64,000 nucleotides of DNA from Actinomycetes bacterium (GTDB taxonomy: Bacteria; Actinomycetota; Acidimicrobiia; Acidimicrobiales; JAKAVM01), in contig JAKAVM010000052.1 in NCBI GenBank assembly GCA_021827485.1, positions 7,084 to 71,083 on the forward strand. The letters are read 5' to 3'. Position numbers and translations under genes: made by a program. The notes below the pieces were generated by a model. That model was given only the letters and a program-made list of their open reading frames with translations, had not been told where the DNA came from and did no database searches. This document shows positions 53,718 to 61,869 of this stretch, piece by piece. The first letter of the stretch is position 1; every line of letters starts with the position of its first letter.

Positions 53718-54974
53718 CTAATACGATAGCAAGTTTTGTTGGGAGAGCACCTTGCCGACAAATGCGGGTGGTGGCTCGGAGGCAATGATCTTTTGGACAG
53801 CGTCTCGGACCTGATCCTCGATACCGCAGGATCGAGCAGCATTCATGGTGTGGCTGTACGCCAAAGACACATCGGTGCTGGTAATATTGTAGCCATATCC
53901 CTGGGCAAGCCAGTGAAGAGAGAGGAGACCGGCACCTACAGCGAAGTCCGGATTCTTGACTGCAGAGTCGCGCGCTGCGCGTGCCAAGGTCTTGGGGTCG
54001 CACGGACTTCGTCGCGCTAGATCAAGAGCTACTTCATATAGCCCGGCACCCTTGGCGGCCGCGAACCATTTAGCCTCTTCGCCGGGGGTGGTTTGAACAA
54101 GATCGGCCAGCAGCTCGTCGGGTTTTTTGTGCGGGTACTTCTTCGCCATGACACGAAAGGTCGCGAGAAAGGTTCCCCGCCTGTTGGCACGCAACCCATA
54201 ACGTCTGTAGGCTTCGTCGATAAGGCCCGAGGACAGGAGGATCTCCTCGCAGATCGAGTCCACCTGAAAATCCGAGGTTGTCCTTCCCCGGCAGGACTCG
54301 GCGTAACGGATCGCTTCGGACTTGCGACCCGTTACCGCTAACGCCTTGACCGCCCAGGACTTGTAGGGCCAGATTGCATCGACCTGGAGGATATCGAGAA
54401 TCTCTTCATAGCGCTCGGCGCAAAACAGGGCGCTCAGGCACGCGCTCGTACCATGAAAGAACCCATGGAGACTAGGATCGGGACTGAGTGCCATGCGAGT
54501 GATCCCCACTAGGCGATCTGCCCAGTCGGAGGCAAGTTCTCGGGAAGCACAGAGTTCTCCCCAGTAGTCGGCCAGTATCTCGATGTAGGGCATTTGGTCC
54601 TCTTGGTGGGCCTCCCAGAGGCGCTCCAGCCACTTATCACGTATGATCAAATCGCAAGGTGCGCTCGCGATTATATCGACGAACTCTACTATCGCGTTGT
54701 TGACGGCCGTGCCGATGGCACCCGAGGAACTGTCGACGTTCCCGAGGGCTGGTGAGACACGCTCAAGGAAAGCTACTGCGCCTTCTGCCGCGAGGATAGG
54801 ATCGTGGCGAGACACTGCCTTGATCTCGTTGACGGCCTCTTTTATTCGCTGAATGGCAGGCTGGGAGCGCCAGCCGAAAGCGTTGCGACGGAATCGAGCC
54901 TTAAATGCCCAGCGGTGGCTCTCGGACGTGGTCACGATCAGAATATAACCTTTACACAAGTTAGGTCCCGGCAC
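53718..54974 (-). CDS. Hypothetical all-alpha (helical-repeat) protein, visibly G+C-richer than its surroundings
   Basis: 418-aa ORF. WAFKARFRRNAFGWRSQPAIQRIKEAVNEIKAV looks conserved, but I cannot name a family. Confidence 0.5.
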   Translation of the reverse strand: MPGPNLCKGYILIVTTSESHRWAFKARFRRNAFGWRSQPAIQRIKEAVNEIKAVSRHDPILAAEGAVAFLERVSPALGNVDSSSGAIGTAVNNAIVEFVDIIASAPCDLIIRDKWLERLWEAHQEDQMPYIEILADYWGELCASRELASDWADRLVGITRMALSPDPSLHGFFHGTSACLSALFCAERYEEILDILQVDAIWPYKSWAVKALAVTGRKSEAIRYAESCRGRTTSDFQVDSICEEILLSSGLIDEAYRRYGLRANRRGTFLATFRVMAKKYPHKKPDELLADLVQTTPGEEAKWFAAAKGAGLYEVALDLARRSPCDPKTLARAARDSAVKNPDFAVGAGLLSLHWLAQGYGYNITSTDVSLAYSHTMNAARSCGIEDQVRDAVQKIIASEPPPAFVGKVLSQQNLLSY

Positions 54975-55122
54975 ACAATGGAGCGGGCGACGGATTTGAG
55001 GAAGGATCTCCCAGTAGAGGCGGTCACTGCATCGACTTTAAATAAGCAGTTCATTTCAGAAATTATTTTACACCTATGTAGCACGCCACCTAATCTAGTT
55101 AATCTAGCAAAAAGGGGGAAAT

Positions 55123-56070
55123 ATGGTTATTGTCGACGTTCCGCGAAAGGTCGCCGAGCGGCTGAATGAAGCAAGTGTCAAGCGTCGCTGGTATCCATTC
55201 GATAAAGATATCATTGACTGGACAGTTCAACTCTCATCGGAGTGGTCCTATATGCCAGCTGGATATTCATCGTTTTCAGATAGTGGAATGTTAGAGGGGC
55301 TAAGCCAAGAAGATAGAAGCTTCGTAGAGCGATGGGAAATGACTCAGTTGATGCGTAACGTTGCGCATGGCGAACACCTGCTCAACCAAGGAATTCTTGC
55401 GATGCTCTGGCAGATTGATCCCTACGACCCAAGTTATCGTTACCTACTTCACGAAGTGGCTGAAGAATGCCAACACATGGCGATGTTCAATAACTGGGTT
55501 CGGATAAATAGCGATATTGAGACTGTGGACGCGGGGGAAGCCGATTGGGGAAAAGTCGCCTGTGACTTCACGCAGGACTTGGCTACTCGCCTTCCCGAAG
55601 CATTTTGGGTTCAAGTGCTGTTATTTGAGTTTGTTGGTGACGACTTCAACCAAGCCATGAAAAAAGACCCGTCTTTGGCCGTGGGGATCGACGGTAGACC
55701 ATTACATCCGATCCTTGTTGCGATGGGCAAGGCACACACAGGTGAGGAGGCCCGCCACATTGGTTATGCGCGTAAGTGGCTACACGAAGGAATGGCGTTG
55801 GTAGACGAAGCCCAGATTGCTGAGATTCAATCGTTTTCCGAGCTAAGCGCACAAGTTATTATTGATAGGCAATCACTTCTTCCGCTTCGCTACACATCTC
55901 AGCTCTCTCGATTTATGACTAAGGATGAGTTCAAAAGTGCCCTTGGGGTTTCGCCCGCCCGGAGATTGCTCATGGCACAGCTCAAGAAACTGTTGGAAGA
56001 ATTTACTGAACTACGAATAATTAGGCAGGAAACTATGGCGAAATGGGTAGACAGCGGTGTATTTGACTAG
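55123..56070 (+). CDS. AurF-like diiron oxygenase family protein
   Basis: Two ExxH motifs sit in helical context: HEVAEECQHMAMF and HTGEEARHIGYAR. The SD is aaagggggaaat. Confidence 0.55.
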   Translation: MVIVDVPRKVAERLNEASVKRRWYPFDKDIIDWTVQLSSEWSYMPAGYSSFSDSGMLEGLSQEDRSFVERWEMTQLMRNVAHGEHLLNQGILAMLWQIDPYDPSYRYLLHEVAEECQHMAMFNNWVRINSDIETVDAGEADWGKVACDFTQDLATRLPEAFWVQVLLFEFVGDDFNQAMKKDPSLAVGIDGRPLHPILVAMGKAHTGEEARHIGYARKWLHEGMALVDEAQIAEIQSFSELSAQVIIDRQSLLPLRYTSQLSRFMTKDEFKSALGVSPARRLLMAQLKKLLEEFTELRIIRQETMAKWVDSGVFD

Positions 56071-56156
56071 TGGGAATATTCCCGTCTTTCCTAGTCTCGG
56101 CCACCCCACTTGTCGCCTGGAACGTGAACGACATACTGATACGCGGATGCGCTAAC

Positions 56157-56717
56157 TCATTCAAACTTATTACGCAGCCAGTTAAAAACTGCTCTTTGCT
56201 CGTCCTGACCAGCACGCCGTACCTGCGCCAATAACCAAATGCTTGTTGGTTTCTCGGTTGTAATATTTTTCGCTCCCTGATTGCAGGCTGAGCAAAGGGT
56301 TCTCAAGTTAGATAGTTCATCTTTGCCACCTAAGCTCTTGTCTACAACATGGCCTACGTGAAGTCTTACCTTACGGTTGGTCTTTGGATCTATATCACCT
56401 GGTGTCACTCCACACATCTGGCATGTAAAACCATTGCGATCGAGTACTGATGCGCGCAGTTTACCGGAGATAGAGCGGGAGAACGACACATCCGGGAGAT
56501 CCTTAGGCATAGCTTCCAATAGGTATTGTCCAGGTTTTAGATCGGCTCTGTCATTGTGTGAAAGTATCAGCCAACCCTCTTCATCTCTTAGCTCGCGTAG
56601 TCTTCTGGCCCATTCAGAAACATTGCCGGATGCTTCTTGGATCTCGCTAGAAGTCACAATTCTTCCGACATTGGCGACCATGAAAGCCTTTATTTTTTCC
56701 TTCGAGCCTAGACCCAC
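56157..56717 (-). CDS. HNH endonuclease (putative restriction subunit) with an N-terminal wHTH-like domain
   Basis: CQMCGV..HVGHVVDKSLGGKDELSNLRTLCSACNQG is an HNH/CCCH-CCHC-type motif. It overlaps the methyltransferase gene by 10 nt. Confidence 0.7.
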   Translation of the reverse strand: MGLGSKEKIKAFMVANVGRIVTSSEIQEASGNVSEWARRLRELRDEEGWLILSHNDRADLKPGQYLLEAMPKDLPDVSFSRSISGKLRASVLDRNGFTCQMCGVTPGDIDPKTNRKVRLHVGHVVDKSLGGKDELSNLRTLCSACNQGAKNITTEKPTSIWLLAQVRRAGQDEQRAVFNWLRNKFE

Positions 56718-57457
56718 ACAGTCTCCTTCCCAACCGCAACCTTTCTGCTCGTACCAGAACGCAAATGATGAAGGATAAAGTTACCGATATACCTGGTATA
56801 TGCGGGGGGGACAGCTTCATTGAGTTCTCCCTTATTCATCCATTCAATTCCCATAGCATCACGGGCTGCCGCGATCGTACAGTTACCACCGCCTGTTACT
56901 TGTACAAAATCCACCATATCGTCTGTTTTGCCATAATGAGACTTACGCTTGTCGAAGGTATGCACCCGTGGATGTCTTCCATGAGGCGGAGCAAAAAAAT
57001 GGAAGTTGACCTCAAACAGCCTATGCCGTAAAACGCGCAGACCCGGAAACATAGTGCCGCACAAAACAATTGGGTTGCGCAGAGGGGCTCCTTCCACATT
57101 CTCGATCACATAGGGCAATCCTGTATCAATCAACATGTCGCGCACAGGGTCAATAAGACGAGGCCATTTACTCGCGTTGCCGTTCCGTTTTGCCAGGTCA
57201 GAATATGATTGGCAAGGAGGAGATGCATGAATTGCATCAAATGACATAAGGAATTCAGGCGTCAGGGAGAACGCATCGGCTTGAATAAATGTAAACGGAT
57301 AGCGCTGCTGTGGGTTAACGTCAATGCCGACAACTTCGAAACCAACATCGTTGTAGCCTTTAGCTGCACCTCCAGCGCAACAAAAAAGGTCAAGGAGTCT
57401 GTACTTATGTTTTGCAGCACTTAATTCCGGCTTACCTGTACAGCTATTTTTTTTCAT
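56708..57457 (-). CDS. Compact DNA (cytosine-5)-methyltransferase
   Basis: Motif I is LDLFCCAGG, motif IV is ASPPCQSYS and motif VI is YVIENVEG. An RHR segment and a motif X-like NEAVPPAY are also present. The protein is only 249 aa. Confidence 0.75.
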   Translation of the reverse strand: MKKNSCTGKPELSAAKHKYRLLDLFCCAGGAAKGYNDVGFEVVGIDVNPQQRYPFTFIQADAFSLTPEFLMSFDAIHASPPCQSYSDLAKRNGNASKWPRLIDPVRDMLIDTGLPYVIENVEGAPLRNPIVLCGTMFPGLRVLRHRLFEVNFHFFAPPHGRHPRVHTFDKRKSHYGKTDDMVDFVQVTGGGNCTIAAARDAMGIEWMNKGELNEAVPPAYTRYIGNFILHHLRSGTSRKVAVGKETVWV

Positions 57458-57689
57458 AAAATCACTTTACAACTAGGGTGTGACAGCTCATGGGAATGTA
57501 TGACTTTCTCTTCTTGCTCCGATTGACCTGACCACCTGACTAGACCTTCGCGAACTGCCTTTTTGTCTCTTACTGGCCTGTCATAGCCAAAAGTTTGGAA
57601 TAGTTGACCAGATGACAGTGTCTTCGCAATAATTTCTATATGGTGGCTTCTCTGATTACTTTATACGCCTCTCCCGTCGGGGCTTCCTG

Positions 57690-58241
57690 ATGGGAATTGA
57701 ACCAAACACTGCTGAAATTAGTAGCAATGTCGGCTCTAGAAATGAAAATGATCTATTCAAGCAACTTCGGGCCAGAAATAAAGGTTACGTAGAGAATTTT
57801 TCCTCTGGCGAATTAACTGCACCGGCTAGACAAGAGATTGCAATTGTAACGTGTATGGATTCCAGGGTAAACCCTCTCGACATATTCCAATTTCAGCTCG
57901 GTGATATAAAGGTTATACGAAATGCCGGTGGCCGAGTTACCGACGATGTCCTACGTTCTCTGATTCTAGCAACTCACTTTCTGGCCGTGAAAGATGTGCT
58001 AGTAATGCACCATACTGACTGTGCTCTAGCATTCAAGTCTGAGGACGATGTTTTGAAGGGACTCCCTGTCCAAATTCAAGAATCTACTACCAAGCAACAA
58101 TTCTTAGCGATGCCTTACCCCGATCTTGCCCTCAGGGCCGATGTCAAAGCTGTAGCATCATGCAAGTTGATTCCAGAAACAGTCTCAGCTTACGGAATCT
58201 TATATGATGTGCGAACTGGATTATTCGCTAGAGTAATCTGA
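57690..58241 (+). CDS. Beta-class carbonic anhydrase-like protein
   Basis: The zinc ligand motifs are VTCMDSRV and MHHTDCA. Confidence 0.7.
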   Translation: MGIEPNTAEISSNVGSRNENDLFKQLRARNKGYVENFSSGELTAPARQEIAIVTCMDSRVNPLDIFQFQLGDIKVIRNAGGRVTDDVLRSLILATHFLAVKDVLVMHHTDCALAFKSEDDVLKGLPVQIQESTTKQQFLAMPYPDLALRADVKAVASCKLIPETVSAYGILYDVRTGLFARVI

Positions 58242-58973
58242 GCTGCTCAGTACGGGAGTAAATTTTATCTCCCGTAAAGATATGAGTTTGGCGCTGTGCA
58301 ACAATTTTATCACCCACCAGCCTGGATCAATCTCCCCAGGATTCAGGCTCAACTTGCTTGCTGTTGCGATAGCGTGGTGGTTGTTGTGAAGCCCTTCGCC
58401 AGCAACTAGCCACGCAAGCCACTGGTTATTGGTTGCTAGATTGTCGAATGGACGTTTACCCCATTTATGCCCAATCGCGTTGATGGCTCCCCCGCCGAGT
58501 AAGTAGAGAACAGTATGGATATATGCTGCAAGAAGCCCAACTTCCCATCCGAATACGAGTACCAATATCCCGATTCCAACTCCTAACCCCAAAAGTGCAT
58601 GGTCAAAAAGATATTTATCCCATTTATCTCTAGGCAGATCTTTAGTATATTTGTCAACAGTTGCACTATTTCTGGCGACTTTACGATATAACCACGCATT
58701 TGCTAACTGGACTTTCCAATATCCAAGAACGATAGGAGAGTGTGGATCGTCCTTTGTATCGGTATAGGCGTGATGCTTACGATGTACCGCCACCCACTGC
58801 CTCGGTCTGATACCAGTCGCCATCCAGGTAAGGACTCTAAAAACAAAGCGGATCTGCCGATTTAGGACCAGCGCTTTGTGTGATAATGCCCGATGCAAGT
58901 AGATAGTGGTAATAAAGAATGCAACTTGGGAAATAACAACACCAATGATAAGCGCAGGAAAAAGAATACTCAC
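58221..58973 (-). CDS. Membrane fatty-acid (acyl-CoA/lipid) desaturase
   Basis: The three His boxes are HRALSH, HRKHHAY and HNNHH. TM helices flank them. Confidence 0.8.
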   Translation of the reverse strand: MSILFPALIIGVVISQVAFFITTIYLHRALSHKALVLNRQIRFVFRVLTWMATGIRPRQWVAVHRKHHAYTDTKDDPHSPIVLGYWKVQLANAWLYRKVARNSATVDKYTKDLPRDKWDKYLFDHALLGLGVGIGILVLVFGWEVGLLAAYIHTVLYLLGGGAINAIGHKWGKRPFDNLATNNQWLAWLVAGEGLHNNHHAIATASKLSLNPGEIDPGWWVIKLLHSAKLISLREIKFTPVLSSSDYSSE

Positions 58974-59078
58974 TAGGGTAATAGGGTACGCTATATTCTA
59001 AGTATGTGCCACCCGGTAACCGCTACAGTTCGATAATCAGTGTGCGAACATGACCAGTTTTGAGCAAGAATATCAGCT

Positions 59079-61838
59079 ATGAGTCCTAAAGTTCATGGTT
59101 GGTGGCAAGCATCAGATTCAAACTGGTACCCACCCGAACTGCACCCCGACAACATTGCCGAAGCGCAAAGTCACCAGGCTACCAACAATGATACGCAGTA
59201 CCTACCACCTCATAAGCGACGTTCTCGATCGTTGACCCTTGAACTCCCAGAGCAATTAATGCCGCCCCAAGAAAAGGCCCTGGAAGGTTGGTGGCAAGCC
59301 TCTGATGGAAACTGGTACCCCCCCGAACTGCATCCAACTTATCAAAATGAAACTCTAAATCCCCCTGCCGGAGCTTTGGGGATGAGAGTGAAACTGAGAC
59401 GGAACTGGTCATGGTTGGGCCTCAATCTAGGAAAATATGCTGGCATCGTAGGCATAATTGGCTTGGTTGTTTCACTAATTCTCGGAATCGGACTTGTAAA
59501 GTTGAAATTTACGACAAGTGATTCGAGTTATCTAAATGCCTCAGATCCCGCTTCAATAGAAAACATCCACTATCAGTCGCTTTTTGGCGGGGACCCCATC
59601 GTTACCATGATCACGATGAACCCAGGCAATAGCGTAGATTCTTTTTTTACTCCTTCAAATATCGCTAGTCTAAATTCCCTAGAAGCTAAACTGCGCTTAA
59701 GCCATAACGTATTCTCGGTAGCTGGGCCAGTAGATTCATTAGAGTTGGCAAATGCTCTGGCCCAGAGCCCTGGCGGTAACCCTGCAAATTCAATTGCAGG
59801 TCAGTGGTTGCTCTCGGCCGATCAGAAAGATCCATCTCCACAAAGTCAAGCAATACGGCTCAATTACATGTCAGGACTTTTGAAGGCCCAAGAGGCAATT
59901 CCAACTAATCAACAAGTCCTGACCAATCCTGCCTGGATTAGTTTTCTAATACATAATCCAGATGGTACGATGCGCCCGGCAATCTTAGCCTTTATACCTA
60001 ACAATACTCACTTGGCGATAGTTACCTATCTGAAAGGTGGGATCAGCATCGGACAGGAGTCTCAGGCCGCCAAGTCCGTTCAAACGATAGTCAACTCGTA
60101 TCACTTTGGTGGTGCAACGGTCATAACAACTGGTGTCCCTGCCCTGCTGGATACAATAAATAACTATCTCAAAGGCGGAATGTTTACCCTTACCTTAATT
60201 GCTGCGGCTCTGATGATTTTGATACTAGCGCTAGCTTTTTCGGTGAGGTGGCGTCTGTTGGCCTTCGCCACGGTAGCAATTGGCTTGCTATGGGCTTTTG
60301 GATTAATAGGTTATTTAGGAATCCCAATAACCCTGGGATCCATTGCAGGTCTTCCAATCCTTATGGGAATCGGAATTGATTACGCAATTCAAATGCATTC
60401 ACGGATAGAAGAGGAGGTGGTGTTAGACCGAGCCGCACATCCTATACAAGCGACAGCCCGCAATCTTGGACCAGCACTATTAGTTGTAACTTTTGACGCA
60501 GTTTTTGCATTCTGTGCTCTGCTTTTCGCTAAAGTTCCAATGATTCGCGAGTTTGGCGAACTTCTCGTAGTTGGAATTATCGCAGTGTGTGTATTTTCCA
60601 TCATTGGGCCTCTGGCTGTCCTCGGAATTAGAGAGTACCGAAGTCCTACTAAAGGCAAGGACTTTTCTGGCGGAAAATTGAGCAAATTCGTAGTTTTCTT
60701 AGGAAGTTCGCCACAAAAAGTAGCCATTCCTTTCGCTATTGCATCACTTTGTGTTTTTGCAGGGGGATTGATCGTTGAAGGACACCTTACTCTGCAAACT
60801 GACCCGATCCAATGGGTCAACCAACACTCACCTGCAATCGAAGGGATCAATCAGCTAATGGCAGGGACTGGATCTGAAAACGAACTTGGAGTAGTGGTTG
60901 CCACAAATCAGCCCTTTAGCGACCAGACTGTTCAGTATATTGCATCGCTTTCAGATAATATTCAATCAAAATATAATTCAGTTGTATTTCCAGCAATCGG
61001 TTTGGTAAATTTCGTGGATCAATTAGTAACAATTCCCGGTACAACTCCAATTCACCCCACTGGAGCACAAGTTCTTCAAGCATATAACGCTGCTCCCCCT
61101 GCAATAAAGAATCTTATGGTAGCCAACAATGGGCAGGAAATGAACGTTGTCTTTCGGGCTAGAACATCATCCCTATCTAGCCTGCAGCCTGTTGTCCAAT
61201 ACCTCAGCCATCCACAAAACTTAGCTATTCCTTCAGGAATGAACGTAGCACCTGGCGGGATTGCGGTTGTCGGCGTTGGACTGTTAGAGAATCTAGCTAG
61301 GTCTAGATTGTTACTAACTTACCTGGCAATCGGATTCGTCGGAATCTTCTTGATGATTAGACTAAGAAGTCTGATAAGGGCACTGCTATCTCTCGTTCCA
61401 GTCCTTATTGCGGTGGGAGCAGTTTCACTAGTTGCATTTGTATTGAGTCTCAAGCTCAGCCCAATGACTGCAGTGGCGGGACCTTTGGTCGTTGCTGTCT
61501 GCACTGAGTTTACTTCATTGATCCTCCTACGTTTTGTCGAAGAGAGAGGGCGTGGGCTGGAACCTCGCGCGGCAGTGGATATGACTGCTGCGCGAACCGG
61601 ACGGGCCTTTTTGGTCTCGGCTATGACCGCGATTTGCGGAATTGGGGTCATGGCGACTTCCTCCATGCCACTACTTCGCGGATTTGGAATTATTGTAGCA
61701 ATGAATGTAAGCGTTGCTTTGCTGTGTGCTCTGATTATTCTTCCTCCCATACTGGTCTGGGCTGACCAGCCAGAACGTCTCTGGGTGTCCAAGCGATTGA
61801 CAATTAGCTACGAGGAGCCACGAGTTTTAGTAACCTAA
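59079..61838 (+). CDS. MMPL/RND-family membrane transporter with a duplicated Trp-rich N-terminal extension
   Basis: 919 aa with two 6-TM bundles and periplasmic loops typical of MMPL. The N-terminal GWWQASDSNWYPPELHP is duplicated as GWWQASDGNWYPPELHP. Confidence 0.75.
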   Translation: MSPKVHGWWQASDSNWYPPELHPDNIAEAQSHQATNNDTQYLPPHKRRSRSLTLELPEQLMPPQEKALEGWWQASDGNWYPPELHPTYQNETLNPPAGALGMRVKLRRNWSWLGLNLGKYAGIVGIIGLVVSLILGIGLVKLKFTTSDSSYLNASDPASIENIHYQSLFGGDPIVTMITMNPGNSVDSFFTPSNIASLNSLEAKLRLSHNVFSVAGPVDSLELANALAQSPGGNPANSIAGQWLLSADQKDPSPQSQAIRLNYMSGLLKAQEAIPTNQQVLTNPAWISFLIHNPDGTMRPAILAFIPNNTHLAIVTYLKGGISIGQESQAAKSVQTIVNSYHFGGATVITTGVPALLDTINNYLKGGMFTLTLIAAALMILILALAFSVRWRLLAFATVAIGLLWAFGLIGYLGIPITLGSIAGLPILMGIGIDYAIQMHSRIEEEVVLDRAAHPIQATARNLGPALLVVTFDAVFAFCALLFAKVPMIREFGELLVVGIIAVCVFSIIGPLAVLGIREYRSPTKGKDFSGGKLSKFVVFLGSSPQKVAIPFAIASLCVFAGGLIVEGHLTLQTDPIQWVNQHSPAIEGINQLMAGTGSENELGVVVATNQPFSDQTVQYIASLSDNIQSKYNSVVFPAIGLVNFVDQLVTIPGTTPIHPTGAQVLQAYNAAPPAIKNLMVANNGQEMNVVFRARTSSLSSLQPVVQYLSHPQNLAIPSGMNVAPGGIAVVGVGLLENLARSRLLLTYLAIGFVGIFLMIRLRSLIRALLSLVPVLIAVGAVSLVAFVLSLKLSPMTAVAGPLVVAVCTEFTSLILLRFVEERGRGLEPRAAVDMTAARTGRAFLVSAMTAICGIGVMATSSMPLLRGFGIIVAMNVSVALLCALIILPPILVWADQPERLWVSKRLTISYEEPRVLVT

Positions 61839-61869
61839 AATCATTATTCATCAGTGGAATGGGGAAGTA

